Below, piece after piece: positions 1-10,567 of a stretch of 64,000 nucleotides of DNA. The notes beneath the pieces are model-generated. The model saw only the letters and a program-made list of their open reading frames with translations, made no database searches and was not told the DNA's origin. The stretch is from assembly GCA_902574525.1 (NCBI GenBank), contig CACGNQ010000002.1:274-64273 (forward strand), in the 5' to 3' direction. The first letter of the stretch is position 1. Every line of letters starts with the position of its first letter. This DNA is from an uncultured Pelagibacteraceae bacterium. Its GTDB lineage: Bacteria > Pseudomonadota > Alphaproteobacteria > Pelagibacterales > Pelagibacteraceae. The position numbers and the translations under genes were made by a program.

Positions 1-676
1 CGAAATTCCCAGCCGCAACTTCTTGTGGTCCGCCAATTTCACCAATCATTAAAACTGCATCTGTTTCTTTATCCTCCTCAAACTTTTCTAAAATATCTTT
101 GAAAGAACTTCCATTTATTGGATCTCCTCCTATTCCAACACTTGTTGAAATACCAATTCCCAAATTCTTCATTTGCTGAGCAGCCTCATAACCCAGCGTT
201 CCGGATCTTCCTATAATTCCAACATTGCCCTCTTTGTAAATATGGCCTGGCATTATACCCAGCATAGCTTTACCTGGACTAATAACACCTGCACAATTAG
301 GTCCAATCATAGTCATTTTTTGAACCCTAGAATATCTTCTCATATATCTTTTGATTTTTATCATATCGTGTGAAGGTATGCCGTCTACAATAGCTACACA
401 CGTTTTAATTCCTGCGTCCGCAGCTTCCATAGCGGAGTCTGCGGCAAAGGCTGGGGGGACAAACAATATTGAAGCTGATGCACCAGTGTTATCAACAGCA
501 TCTTTTACAGTATTAAAAACTGGTAAATTTAAATGTTTTGATCCACCTTTGCCTGGTGTAACACCACCAACAACATTCGAACCATATTTAATCATTTCTT
601 CTGCATGAAAAGAGCCCATCTTCCCAGTAAAACCTTGAATTATGATTTTTGTATTTTTATCTATTAATACTGACAT
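1..676 (-). CDS. mtkB: Malate--CoA ligase (malate thiokinase) alpha subunit, SucD-like; 3' end runs off the window
   Basis: Manual translation from ATG at 676: [45 protein letters not shown]...[11 protein letters not shown]...[11 protein letters not shown]...[12 protein letters not shown]...MIGEIGG. SucD family; follows mtkA-like and mcl genes. Not in the ORF track because it is truncated. The sucD alternative is not excluded. Confidence 0.8.
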   Translation of the reverse strand, partial: MSVLIDKNTKIIIQGFTGKMGSFHAEEMIKYGSNVVGGVTPGKGGSKHLNLPVFNTVKDAVDNTGASASILFVPPAFAADSAMEAADAGIKTCVAIVDGIPSHDMIKIKRYMRRYSRVQKMTMIGPNCAGVISPGKAMLGIMPGHIYKEGNVGIIGRSGTLGYEAAQQMKNLGIGISTSVGIGGDPINGSSFKDILEKFEEDKETDAVLMIGEIGGPQEVAAGNF

Positions 677-682
677 TTTTTT

Positions 683-1846
683 TTATTTTCCTAAAGCTTT
701 AACAGCCTTGTTTGCTGCATCTTCTAAAGTATTTGCCTCAATATAATTTATTTTACTTTCTTTTAAAATTTTATTACCTTTTTCAACATTAGTACCTGCT
801 AATCGTATTACTAAAGGAACTTTAATGTCAATTTTTTCTAAAGCTTGAACTATTCCTTCTGCAACCCAATCACATCTGTTTATTCCTGCAAATATATTTA
901 CTAATATAACTTTTACCTTTTTATCCATTGAAATTAATTTAAATGCTTTAACGATTTTTTCAGGAGTCGCTCCACCACCAACATCTAAGAAATTAGCTGG
1001 CTCACCACCCGCTAATTTTATCATATCCATAGAAGCCATAGCTAAACCAGCTCCGTTAATTATGTTTCCAATATTGCCATCTAAACTTACATAATTAAGA
1101 CCTCTATCAGATGCATAAACCTCACTTGCGTTTTCCTGTGTTTTGTCTCTAAGTTCTGATATTTGATTCCTTCTAAATAACGCATTATTGTCAAAACTCA
1201 TTTTACAGTCTAAAGCCAAAATTTGATCTTGATTCGATATTACTAACGGATTTACTTCAACCATAGTTGCATCCAGCTCACTAAATGCTCTGTAACATCC
1301 TGTTATTGCTTCTGCAGTTCTTGAAATTAATTTTGGTTCAATACCTAAGCCGAATGCAATTTCTCTAGCCTGAAATTGCTGCATTCCTACAGCTACTTCA
1401 ATTTTTGATCTAATTATTGTTTCAGGTTTTTGTTTTGAAATTTCTTCAACACTCATCCCTCCTTCAGTAGAGGCAACAACCATAATAGATTCAGAACTTC
1501 GATCAAAAACAAGCCCAAGGTATAATTCTTTTTTAATATCAGTGGCCTCTTCAATATAAACCCTATTTACAACTTTCCCCTCGGGGCCAGTTTGATTTGT
1601 GATAAGTTTTTTTCCTAAAAGTTTGTCAGTTGCTTGAGCAACCTCTAATTCAGTGTTACAAACAATTATTCCACCCGCTTTTCCTCTTGCCCCTGAATGA
1701 ATTTGAGCCTTTACAACCCACTTAGATCCTCCTAGCTCTCTTGCTTTATTCTCTGCATTTTCAGGACTATAAACTATTCCGCCTCTAGGTATTGCAACTC
1801 CAAATCCTGCGAGTATTTTTTTTGCTTGGTACTCATGAATATCCAT
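683..1846 (-). CDS. mtkA: Malate--CoA ligase (malate thiokinase) beta subunit, SucC family
   Basis: MDIHEYQAK start, KAQIHSGARGKAGG, NGAGLAMA, PANFLDVGGGA. NIFAGINRCDWVAEG is the MtkA-type version of the SucC NIFGGIxRCD motif; adjacent to mcl. Confidence 0.82.
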   Translation of the reverse strand: MDIHEYQAKKILAGFGVAIPRGGIVYSPENAENKARELGGSKWVVKAQIHSGARGKAGGIIVCNTELEVAQATDKLLGKKLITNQTGPEGKVVNRVYIEEATDIKKELYLGLVFDRSSESIMVVASTEGGMSVEEISKQKPETIIRSKIEVAVGMQQFQAREIAFGLGIEPKLISRTAEAITGCYRAFSELDATMVEVNPLVISNQDQILALDCKMSFDNNALFRRNQISELRDKTQENASEVYASDRGLNYVSLDGNIGNIINGAGLAMASMDMIKLAGGEPANFLDVGGGATPEKIVKAFKLISMDKKVKVILVNIFAGINRCDWVAEGIVQALEKIDIKVPLVIRLAGTNVEKGNKILKESKINYIEANTLEDAANKAVKALGK

Positions 1847-1847
1847 T

Positions 1848-2786
1848 TTATTTGTCCTCTATTTTTTTATTTATATCTACAATATTTTCAGCCATTCTTG
1901 CAGATGCCGCATCAATCATTCTTCCATCTAATTGTGCCGCTCCTTTTCCGTCTTTAGCTGCTTTTTCCAATTCTTCTAAAATTTTTTTTGCTTTGTTTAC
2001 CTCTACTTCTGGGGGTGAAAAAACCTTATTCGCTAAATCTATTTGTGATGGATGTATTGCCCATTTACCCTCGACACCAATAGCAGCAGCCCTTTTTGCT
2101 GAAGCAATATATGCATCTGGATCATTAAAATCTCCAAACGGTCCATCAATTGCTCTAAGGCCATAGGCTCTGCATGTCAGAACTAATTCTGATAAACCAT
2201 GATGCCATTGATCCCCTGGATAATCTGGATTTAAACCACCTATCACAACAGTTCTTGCTCTTAGACTTGCAGCATAATCAGCAACTCCAAAATGTAATGC
2301 CTCTAATCTTTCACTAGATTTTGCAATTTCTTTAATATTAGACATCCCTAAAGCAGTTTCAATTAAACATTCAATTCCAATTTTATTTTTAATTTTTTTG
2401 TTTGTTTCTATTTGAGTTAGCATACAATCTACCATGTAAACATCACTTCCAGTTCCAGCTTTAGGTACAAGTATAGTATCGATATTTTGTCCCGCTTGCT
2501 CTACAAGTTCAACTAGATCACTATACATGTAATGAGTATCTAAACTGTTAATTCTAACAGAAATAGTTTTTCCTTTATCTCTCCAATTAATTTCATTTAA
2601 AGCTTTAATAACATTTGCTCTTGCAGCTATCTTGTCATTTGGAGAGACAGCATCTTCTAAATCCAAGAAAACATAATCTGCGTCTGAATTTAAAGCCTTT
2701 TCAAACATTTTTGGTGATGAACCAGGGACTGCTAATTCACTTCTCTGAAGTCTTGATCTTGCTGGTTTATAAAATTTGTGGCTCAT
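1848..2786 (-). CDS. mcl: Malyl-CoA lyase (CitE/HpcH family CoA-ester lyase)
   Basis: RLQRSELAVPGS, VFLDLEDAV, VRIN, LIETALG, LHFGVADYAAS, IDGPFGDF, GKWAIHPSQI; directly upstream of mtkAB. Confidence 0.85.
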   Translation of the reverse strand: MSHKFYKPARSRLQRSELAVPGSSPKMFEKALNSDADYVFLDLEDAVSPNDKIAARANVIKALNEINWRDKGKTISVRINSLDTHYMYSDLVELVEQAGQNIDTILVPKAGTGSDVYMVDCMLTQIETNKKIKNKIGIECLIETALGMSNIKEIAKSSERLEALHFGVADYAASLRARTVVIGGLNPDYPGDQWHHGLSELVLTCRAYGLRAIDGPFGDFNDPDAYIASAKRAAAIGVEGKWAIHPSQIDLANKVFSPPEVEVNKAKKILEELEKAAKDGKGAAQLDGRMIDAASARMAENIVDINKKIEDK

Positions 2787-2829
2787 AAATGAATTTAATT
2801 TTTAGAAAGCTAACACTAATTTGGTCTTT

Positions 2830-3114
2830 TTAAGACTCTTTTTTTTTCTTCCTTTTTTCTAATTCATCCATGATATCCTCAATACGGACGCCGTTTCCTT
2901 CTAGATAAACTAACAAATGATAAAGAACATCAGCTGCCTCGTGAATCTTATTCGAATTATTTTCTACAGCTTCTATAAGCTCAGCAATCTCCTCTTTAAC
3001 CTTTTCTACTGATAAAGATCTATTTTTAAGTAATTTTGATGTGTAAGAGCTATCATCTGATGATGATTTTCTATCTCGAATTATATTAATTAAATCCTCT
3101 AAAGTTTTTAGCAT
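2830..3114 (-). CDS. hisE: Phosphoribosyl-ATP pyrophosphohydrolase
   Basis: SYTSKLL, KVKEEIAE, EAADVLYHLLV; follows hisF. Confidence 0.93.
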   Translation of the reverse strand: MLKTLEDLINIIRDRKSSSDDSSYTSKLLKNRSLSVEKVKEEIAELIEAVENNSNKIHEAADVLYHLLVYLEGNGVRIEDIMDELEKRKKKKES

Positions 3115-3115
3115 A

Positions 3116-3871
3116 CTAAATTCTAACTGGAATTCCTTTTAAATCCAAATATTCCTTTGCCTGCTTTACTGAATATTTTCCATAATGAAAAATGGAAGCT
3201 GCTAAAACCGCGCTCGCATTACCTAATTTAATACCATCCACTAAATGATCTAAGGTACCAACTCCACCAGAGGCAATAACAGGAATATTTACAGCAGATG
3301 AAATCTTAGACATCAAATCAATATCATATCCAGCCTGTGTACCATCTCTATCCATTGATGTTACAAGTAATTCACCCGCTCCACTTTTCTCCATTTCTTT
3401 TGCAAATTTTAATGCATCAATGCCTGTTTTATTTCTTCCGCCATGAGTATAGATCTCCCATATATTTCCATTTTTTTTTGCATCTATTGCAACAACAATA
3501 CATTGGGAACCAAATTTTTTAGAACTATCAACAACAACTTGCTTGTCACTTACAGCAGCTGTATTTATTGAAACTTTATCAGCACCACAGTTAAGTAATT
3601 TACTTATATCTTCAACACTTCTAACTCCTCCACCAACTGTTAAAGGCACAAAACATTTCTTGGAGGTTTTTTCTACAACGTCATAAATGGTTTCTCTGTT
3701 TTCGTTTGAGGCTGTAATATCTAAAAAACATATTTCATCAGCTCCACCTTCGCTGTAAATTTTTGCTTGCTCAACAGGGTCTCCTGCATCTTTAAGATCA
3801 ATGAAGTTAATGCCCTTAACAACACGACCATTATTTACATCTAAACAGGGAATTATTCTATTTTTAAGCAT
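3116..3871 (-). CDS. hisF: Imidazole glycerol phosphate synthase cyclase subunit
   Basis: [43 protein letters not shown]. Confidence 0.97.
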   Translation of the reverse strand: MLKNRIIPCLDVNNGRVVKGINFIDLKDAGDPVEQAKIYSEGGADEICFLDITASNENRETIYDVVEKTSKKCFVPLTVGGGVRSVEDISKLLNCGADKVSINTAAVSDKQVVVDSSKKFGSQCIVVAIDAKKNGNIWEIYTHGGRNKTGIDALKFAKEMEKSGAGELLVTSMDRDGTQAGYDIDLMSKISSAVNIPVIASGGVGTLDHLVDGIKLGNASAVLAASIFHYGKYSVKQAKEYLDLKGIPVRI

Positions 3872-4580
3872 CTTCTTTCACAAGGTCTTCTAATTTAATA
3901 TCGCCATCATAAATAGCTTTTCCAACTATTATACCTTCAATATTTTTTAAACTTTTTGCTTTTTTAACATCATCTATTGATGAAACCCCTCCAGATATGA
4001 TTACAGGACAATTTGATTTGGCTGCAATTTTTGATGTATCTTCAAAATTTGGGCTTTTCTTCATACCATCTTTATTTATATCAGTATAAATAAGTCTACT
4101 AACTCCATAATCATTTACTTCATTCAAATAATCTAAAGTTAATTGATTAGAATTTTCTTTCCATCCAGATACAGATAAATATCCATCTTTAGCATCTAAA
4201 CCTAACGCTATTTTATCCGGAAATTTTTGACACGCCTCTTTTAAAAATATTTTATCTTTAATAGCAGCACTTCCTAAAATCACTTTTTCAACACCAGCAT
4301 CAACATATTTTTTAATACTATCAAGCTTTCTGATACCACCGCCAATCTCAACTTTTAAATCAAATTTACCAACTATATCTTGGATAATACTTAGATTAAC
4401 AGTTTCGCCAGTTAAAGCTCCATCAAGATCGACTATATGTAAATTTTTGAAACCATGATTCCTATATTTGCTAGCTTGTTCAACTGGAGACATTTTGTAC
4501 TCAGTTTTCTTGTCAAAATCTCCTTTAACAAGTCTTACACACTTTTTATCCTTAATATCTATGGCTGGAAATATTTTCAC
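3864..4580 (-). CDS. hisA: ProFAR isomerase
   Basis: [42 protein letters not shown]. Confidence 0.96.
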   Translation of the reverse strand: MKIFPAIDIKDKKCVRLVKGDFDKKTEYKMSPVEQASKYRNHGFKNLHIVDLDGALTGETVNLSIIQDIVGKFDLKVEIGGGIRKLDSIKKYVDAGVEKVILGSAAIKDKIFLKEACQKFPDKIALGLDAKDGYLSVSGWKENSNQLTLDYLNEVNDYGVSRLIYTDINKDGMKKSPNFEDTSKIAAKSNCPVIISGGVSSIDDVKKAKSLKNIEGIIVGKAIYDGDIKLEDLVKEDA

Positions 4581-4618
4581 TATTTTAAATTTTTTTTATT
4601 AACTTATAAATTTATAAG

Positions 4619-5938
4619 TTATTTTCCTCCAACAATCATCCCTTCAACTAACATTGTAGGTGAATTAGTTGAATAGTTGAATTCTAAATCATTGGCTAAT
4701 GATATATTTTTATAAATATTATTTAAATTTCCAGCTATTGTTATTTCGCTTACAGGATAGGAAAACTCACCATTTTCAACCATTAATCCAGATGCACCAA
4801 CTGAAAAATCTCCAGTAATTATGTTTGACCCCCTACCTATTGTCTCTGTAATATAAAGCAGCTTTTTATTTGAGTTGAGTAATTCTTCAAAACTTAAATC
4901 ACCATTTAGGAAATATAAATTTGATGAACCATTAGCTCTACCATTTGACTTTTTTTTTATTTTTTTTCCGTTGTAAGTATCAATTAATAGATCGTTTAAA
5001 GCTCCATCTTTTACAAGATCTAAAGGATTCGTCTTAACCCCTTCAACATCAAAATATCTCGAGCCATTTGCTTTTTTAATGTCAGCTTTATCTTGAATAT
5101 TGATTTTATCTCCAAATATTTTTTTATTAAGTTTATCTTTTAAAAAAGTTGTTCCTTTTGCAAATGCACTAGAGGATATAGCACTTGAAAATGAGGATAA
5201 AAAACCTTTAGCAATTCTTTTATCAAAAATAATATTTAATTTCTCACTTTTTATTTTTTTTGGATTCAATTTTTTTAAAGCTAATTCAGCAGCTTTTGAC
5301 CCTAATTGTTTTGGTTTAAGAATATCATTAAAAAAACGTTTGCTACTGTACTCGTAATCTCTCTCCATGCTTCCATTATTTTTTGATACTACCTCACAAT
5401 AGGCTGTAAAATGAGATGTTTTATAACCATCAGAAAATCCACTTGAATTTGCTAAAATAAAATTTGATTTATTTTGGCTAAAGCCCGATCCATTGGTATT
5501 AACAATATCTTTTCTAGAAAATGCCTCTTCCTCAGCTTCGTTTATGTATTCTATTTTCTTTTTATTTTCTAAAACTGTTTCATCATACAAATCTAAGTCT
5601 TTATCGCCTTTAAAATAAAGTTCTTTATCTGCCAGAGAGTTTAGATCATCTTCAGGCGTTATTTTAGTACTCTCAACGCATCTATTAATCAGACCATCTA
5701 AATTTTTTGTGTTCAGATCTGAGGATGAAATTGTAGACTTTTTTTTACCAATGTAAGTTGTTAATGTAATACCTAAATTTTCAGACCTTGTTGAGCCATC
5801 TAATTTTCTATTTCTTACACTTACATCCTCGGATACTGAATGCATTACCATTACACTTGCATCAGTTGAGCCAAGTTTATTAGATTTAGATAAACATTGC
5901 TCAGCAATATTATTTAGATAATCTTTTTCTTTTATCAT
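4619..5938 (-). CDS. pmbA: TldE/PmbA metalloprotease partner subunit
   Basis: MERDYEYS, FDVEGV, ITGDFSVGASG, YPVSEITIAGNL, SPTMLVEGMIVGG; paired with tldD. Confidence 0.9.
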   Translation of the reverse strand: MIKEKDYLNNIAEQCLSKSNKLGSTDASVMVMHSVSEDVSVRNRKLDGSTRSENLGITLTTYIGKKKSTISSSDLNTKNLDGLINRCVESTKITPEDDLNSLADKELYFKGDKDLDLYDETVLENKKKIEYINEAEEEAFSRKDIVNTNGSGFSQNKSNFILANSSGFSDGYKTSHFTAYCEVVSKNNGSMERDYEYSSKRFFNDILKPKQLGSKAAELALKKLNPKKIKSEKLNIIFDKRIAKGFLSSFSSAISSSAFAKGTTFLKDKLNKKIFGDKINIQDKADIKKANGSRYFDVEGVKTNPLDLVKDGALNDLLIDTYNGKKIKKKSNGRANGSSNLYFLNGDLSFEELLNSNKKLLYITETIGRGSNIITGDFSVGASGLMVENGEFSYPVSEITIAGNLNNIYKNISLANDLEFNYSTNSPTMLVEGMIVGGK

Positions 5939-5940
5939 TT

Positions 5941-7353
5941 TTATAGTTGAGTGCCGCCAACTGTCATATTATCAATTAAGAGGGATGGCTGACCAACTCC
6001 AACTGGAACCCCTTGTCCAGACTTACCACAAGTTCCAATACCAGGGTCTAGCATCATATCATTGCCAACCATTAAAACTTCTTTAAGAGATGATGGGCCA
6101 TCACCAATTAAAGTTGCTCCTTTTAAAGGTGCACCAATTTTACCATTTACTATTTCATAAGCTTCTGTACAATTGAAAACAAACTTTCCTGAAGTAATAT
6201 CAACTTGTCCACCCCCAAAACTAACAGCAAAAATCCCCTTAGTTACAGAATTAATCATCTCTTCCTGTGTATGAGTTCCGTTTAGCATTATCGTATTACG
6301 CATTCTGGGTAATACGATATGTTTGTAATTTTCTCTTCTTCCATTGCCTGTAGACTTAGTATTCATCAATCGTGCATTTAATCTATCTTGCATAAAGTTT
6401 TTTAAAATTCCTTTTTCAATTAAAACTGTCTTTTCTGTAGGAGTTCCTTCATCATCAATGTTAAGACTTCCTCTTCTATTATCTATAGTTCCATCATCAA
6501 TAATAGTGACACCTTCACTAGCAACCCTTCGGCCAACTAAATTATGGAAAACAGAGGTTTTTTTTCGATTAAAATCGCCTTCAAGGCCATGCCCTATTGC
6601 TTCATGTATTAATATCGCTGGCCAACCAGGTCCAAGAACAACTTTCATTTCACCTGCAGGAGATGGTTTACTTTTTAAATTAGTTGTAGCAATTCGAAAT
6701 GCTTCATCACACAACTTCTTCCAACTTCCATCTTTCAGATATTCATCATAAGACTGTCTTCCACCGACTCCATATACAGCAGTTTCTTTTCTACCATTTT
6801 TTTCTACCATCATTGATATATTTATTCTAACCAGAGGTCTACTGTCTTTGAGTAATTCGCCCCCTAGTCTTAAGATTTCAACATTTTTTTTCTCTCCTAG
6901 AAAACTAGCTGAGACCTGTTTCACAGATTGATCTTTTGATCTAGAATATTCATTCATTAAATTTAACAATTCTATCTTTGCATTTAAGGACTTTGTCTCG
7001 ATAGGATCTATATCATTATAAAATTTTTGATTTGTTTTTTTAATTTCAGAATTGTAAGTACCTTTTTTACTCTTAAGCGTTGACTTTAAATTTTCACTTG
7101 ATTTTTTAAGAGACTCCTCTGAAATTTCGTTTGAATGTGAGTAAGCAATCACATCATCAGTAATTGCTCTAAAACCATAACCTGAGTCTATACTATATTC
7201 TGAGCTTTTAATTTTATTATCATCTAAAGTTACAGTTTCAAATTTTGTATCTTCTATATACAACTCTCCATCATCACAATCGTGTAATGTATCTGAAACG
7301 ATTTTATCTGCAGTATATAGAGATAAATTTGAATTTTTAAGTAAATCTGACAT
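5941..7353 (-). CDS. tldD: TldD metalloprotease
   Basis: HEAIGHGLEGDFNRK, DDEGTPT, PRMRNT, GGGQVDITSGKF, GTCGKSGQGVPVGVGQP. Confidence 0.95.
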   Translation of the reverse strand: MSDLLKNSNLSLYTADKIVSDTLHDCDDGELYIEDTKFETVTLDDNKIKSSEYSIDSGYGFRAITDDVIAYSHSNEISEESLKKSSENLKSTLKSKKGTYNSEIKKTNQKFYNDIDPIETKSLNAKIELLNLMNEYSRSKDQSVKQVSASFLGEKKNVEILRLGGELLKDSRPLVRINISMMVEKNGRKETAVYGVGGRQSYDEYLKDGSWKKLCDEAFRIATTNLKSKPSPAGEMKVVLGPGWPAILIHEAIGHGLEGDFNRKKTSVFHNLVGRRVASEGVTIIDDGTIDNRRGSLNIDDEGTPTEKTVLIEKGILKNFMQDRLNARLMNTKSTGNGRRENYKHIVLPRMRNTIMLNGTHTQEEMINSVTKGIFAVSFGGGQVDITSGKFVFNCTEAYEIVNGKIGAPLKGATLIGDGPSSLKEVLMVGNDMMLDPGIGTCGKSGQGVPVGVGQPSLLIDNMTVGGTQL

Positions 7354-7365
7354 TTTTTTAATTTC

Positions 7366-7992
7366 TTATAATGTAATAAAATTTTCTATTATTCTAAGCC
7401 CTATTTTGTCACTCTTTTCAGGGTGAAATTGGGTTCCAAAGACATTCTCTTTTTCTGCAGCACATACAACTTTCGATGAATAATCCGTTGTTGCAGCAAT
7501 TATGGATTTGTCTTCAGGTATAAATTCATAACTGTGCACAAAATACATGTGGGATTTATCTTCTATATTTTTAAAAATCTTACTATCTTTAACAATATTA
7601 ATTTCATTCCATCCGATATGTGGAAGCTTAAATTTACCGTTTTGATTATTAATTTTAGACACTTTACCTGAAATCCATCCTAGACCTTTTGTTTCAGTTT
7701 CTTCATAACCAACATCTGCAAACATTTGCAATCCTACACAAATACCCAAAATAGGTTTTTTATTTGCTATAACAAATTCATTTAAAGTATCATTTAGACC
7801 GCTGATTTTGTTTAAAGCATCTACGCAGCTTTTAAATGATCCTTGTCCTGGTAGAACAATTTTATCAGATACTTTGATTTTATTTAAATCTGAGGTTACT
7901 TCTATTGTTGCTTTATCTTGAGCAACTTCCTTAAATGAGTTTATTACAGAGCTTATATTGCCCGAGCTATAGTCTACGATTATGACTTTCAT
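7366..7992 (-). CDS. hisH: Imidazole glycerol phosphate synthase glutaminase subunit
   Basis: LPGQGSF, LGICVGLQ, PHIGWN, YFVHSY, QFHPEKS. Confidence 0.96.
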   Translation of the reverse strand: MKVIIVDYSSGNISSVINSFKEVAQDKATIEVTSDLNKIKVSDKIVLPGQGSFKSCVDALNKISGLNDTLNEFVIANKKPILGICVGLQMFADVGYEETETKGLGWISGKVSKINNQNGKFKLPHIGWNEINIVKDSKIFKNIEDKSHMYFVHSYEFIPEDKSIIAATTDYSSKVVCAAEKENVFGTQFHPEKSDKIGLRIIENFITL

Positions 7993-8003
7993 TAATTCTT
8001 TTT

Positions 8004-8594
8004 TTATAAAGAACCTTTTGTAGAAGGCACTGTATTTTTATTTTTGGGATCTAATTCAAGTGCTGCTCTAAGTGATCTAGCAAGTCCTTTATAACAAGAT
8101 TCGATTATGTGGTGGCTGTTATCACCATAAATATTTTCAATGTGCATAGTTATTCCAGCTGATTGAGCAAATGCCTGGAACCATTCTTTGAACAACTCGG
8201 TGTCCATTTCACCTAATTTTTCAACCTTCAATTTAACGTTCCAGATTAAATATGGTCTATTAGACATATCAATTGCTACCCTTGTTAATGTTTCATCCAT
8301 AGGCAACAAGGCGTGCGCATATCTTTTAATACCAACGAAATTTTTTGATGCTTTCTTTAAGCATTCACCAATAGCAATTCCAGTGTCTTCAGTTGTATGA
8401 TGTAAATCAATATGAGTATCTCCTTTTGCTTTAACTTTAAGATCAATTGAAGAATGTTTCGATAGTTGTTCTAGCATATGGTCTAAAAAACCAATTCCTG
8501 TGTCAATTTTGTATTGGCCTTTACCATCTATATTAAGTTCCACTTTAATTGATGTTTCTTTTGTTTTTCTAGTAATATCAGCTTTTCTCTTCAT
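8004..8594 (-). CDS. hisB: Imidazoleglycerol-phosphate dehydratase
   Basis: [41 protein letters not shown]. Confidence 0.96.
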   Translation of the reverse strand: MKRKADITRKTKETSIKVELNIDGKGQYKIDTGIGFLDHMLEQLSKHSSIDLKVKAKGDTHIDLHHTTEDTGIAIGECLKKASKNFVGIKRYAHALLPMDETLTRVAIDMSNRPYLIWNVKLKVEKLGEMDTELFKEWFQAFAQSAGITMHIENIYGDNSHHIIESCYKGLARSLRAALELDPKNKNTVPSTKGSL

Positions 8595-8649
8595 TATTTT
8601 AATACGTATATATTCATTATTTGCTTATATCAATAAAAGTAATCAAACA

Positions 8650-8677
8650 CTTGAACTATTAGGATTAATATCCATCT
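8650..8677 (+). promoter_or_regulatory. Putative RpoH (sigma-32) promoter of hslVU
   Basis: CTTG(8650)-N17-TCCATCT(8671-8677), close to the alphaproteobacterial heat-shock consensus CTTG-N17-CYTATNT; 7 nt before the hslV ATG. Confidence 0.6.
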
Positions 8678-8684
8678 AATAAAT

Positions 8685-9200
8685 ATGACAACAATTGTAT
8701 TAGTTAGAAAAGATAAAAACGTTGTAGTTGCTAGCGATGGTCAAGTTAGCATGGGTAATACTGTTATTAAAAGTACAGCAAATAAAGTTAGAAAAATTGA
8801 GAAAAGAAATGTGATCGCAGGATTTGCTGGATCGACAGCAGATGCGCTAACGTTATTTGAAAGATTAGAGTCTAAGTTAGAAAAACATGCAGGAAATTTA
8901 ACAAGAGCTGCTGTTGAACTTGCTAAGGACTGGAGAACGGACAAATATTTAAGAAGATTAGAAGCATTAATGGCAATCGGAGATAAAGAAAAAAGTTTTA
9001 TAATCTCAGGTACTGGTGATGTTCTAGAACCAGAGGGTGATGTTATAGGAATTGGATCAGGTGGAAATTATGCTTTGGCATCAGCGAAAGTATTGATGGA
9101 CACAGATTTGTCAGCGGAAGAGATCGCTAAGAAAGCTATTAAAGTAGCATCAGAGATCTGTGTATTTACAAATAATAACGTCAATATTGAGAAAATATAA
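8685..9200 (+). CDS. hslV: ATP-dependent protease subunit HslV
   Basis: N-terminal (M)TTI catalytic Thr, [36 protein letters not shown]. Confidence 0.97.
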   Translation: MTTIVLVRKDKNVVVASDGQVSMGNTVIKSTANKVRKIEKRNVIAGFAGSTADALTLFERLESKLEKHAGNLTRAAVELAKDWRTDKYLRRLEALMAIGDKEKSFIISGTGDVLEPEGDVIGIGSGGNYALASAKVLMDTDLSAEEIAKKAIKVASEICVFTNNNVNIEKI

Positions 9201-10567
9201 TGGAAAAAAATAATGTTACACCTCTAGTGCCAAAAGATAAAAAAAATCAAGAAGATACTTTTATAAGCTCGCTATCTCCTAGAGAAATAGTTTCAGAGTT
9301 AGATAGATTTGTAGTTGGACAAAACAAAGCTAAGAGAGCTGTTGCTATCGCACTTAGAAACAGGTGGCGAAGACAAGCTTTAAAAGGTGATATGAAAGAT
9401 GAAGTTTTGCCAAAAAATATATTAATGATTGGCCCAACTGGAGTTGGAAAAACAGAAATATCTAGGCGTTTATCTAAACTTGCTGAAGCTCCGTTTGTAA
9501 AAGTTGAAGCAACAAGATTCACTGAAGTTGGATATGTGGGAAGAGATGTCGAACAAATAGTAAGAGATTTACTTGAAATAGCTATCGCAATGGAGAAGGT
9601 TAAAAAAAGAAAAGAAGTTTATGCACAAGCTCAAAAGCAAGCTGAAGAGAAGGTTTTAGATGCAATAGTTGGGAATAAAGCAAGCGTTGCAACTAGAGAA
9701 AGCTTTAGAAAAAGATTAAGAAATGGAGATCTAGATGAGAATGAAATTGAAATTGCTGTTAATGAAGCAAATTCAATGCCATCATTTGAAATTCCTGGAA
9801 TGCCAGGGGCCAATGTTGGAATGATAAATATTGGAGAGATGCTTGGTAAAGGTATGGGGAATAAACCCAAAAAGAAAAAAATGACTGTGAAAGAATCTCA
9901 TGAAATTTTGATTAATGAGGAGTCTGATAAATTAATTGAACAAGACAAAATTATTAAGTCGGCAAAAAATTCTACAGAAGACAACGGTATAGTATTTCTT
10001 GATGAAATCGACAAAATTTCTGCAAGAACTGATAGGGTTGGTGGAGACGTATCTAGAGAAGGAGTTCAAAGAGATCTGTTGCCGTTAATAGAGGGTACAA
10101 CCGTAAGCACAAAATATGGCCCAATAAAAACTGATCATATACTTTTTATAGCTTCTGGCGCTTTCCAACTAGCAAAACCCTCTGATCTTTTACCTGAACT
10201 GCAGGGAAGATTACCAATAAGAGTTGAACTTGAAGCTTTAACTAGCGATGACTTTAAAAAAATTTTAAAAGAACCAGATAATAGCTTGATCAAGCAGTAT
10301 AAAGCATTGTTAAAAACAGAAAATGTAGAATTAGAGTTTTCGGATGATGGAATTGACGCTATAGCTAATATTGCTACTGAGGTAAACTCAACTGTTGAAA
10401 ATATTGGCGCTAGAAGACTACATACTATAATTGAGAGGGTCTTGGATGAAATTAGTTTTACAGCTACGGACAGATCTGGAGAGAAAATTATTGTAGACTC
10501 AGAATATATTAAGAAAAATTTAGGTGAATTAGTTAAAGATACTGATTTATCAAAATTTATTTTATAA
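9200..10567 (+). CDS. hslU: ATP-dependent protease ATPase subunit HslU
   Basis: [53 protein letters not shown]. Confidence 0.97.
   Translation: MEKNNVTPLVPKDKKNQEDTFISSLSPREIVSELDRFVVGQNKAKRAVAIALRNRWRRQALKGDMKDEVLPKNILMIGPTGVGKTEISRRLSKLAEAPFVKVEATRFTEVGYVGRDVEQIVRDLLEIAIAMEKVKKRKEVYAQAQKQAEEKVLDAIVGNKASVATRESFRKRLRNGDLDENEIEIAVNEANSMPSFEIPGMPGANVGMINIGEMLGKGMGNKPKKKKMTVKESHEILINEESDKLIEQDKIIKSAKNSTEDNGIVFLDEIDKISARTDRVGGDVSREGVQRDLLPLIEGTTVSTKYGPIKTDHILFIASGAFQLAKPSDLLPELQGRLPIRVELEALTSDDFKKILKEPDNSLIKQYKALLKTENVELEFSDDGIDAIANIATEVNSTVENIGARRLHTIIERVLDEISFTATDRSGEKIIVDSEYIKKNLGELVKDTDLSKFIL

Noticed and set aside
683-1846. Calling this the housekeeping sucC
   Set aside because: MtkA-type motifs, adjacency to mcl and the absence of mdh upstream favour malate thiokinase; not fully excluded without a phylogeny.
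173-2166. Plus-strand ORFs 173-373, 351-608 and 1792-2166
   Set aside because: Antisense shadows of mtkB, mtkA and mcl; no independent motifs.
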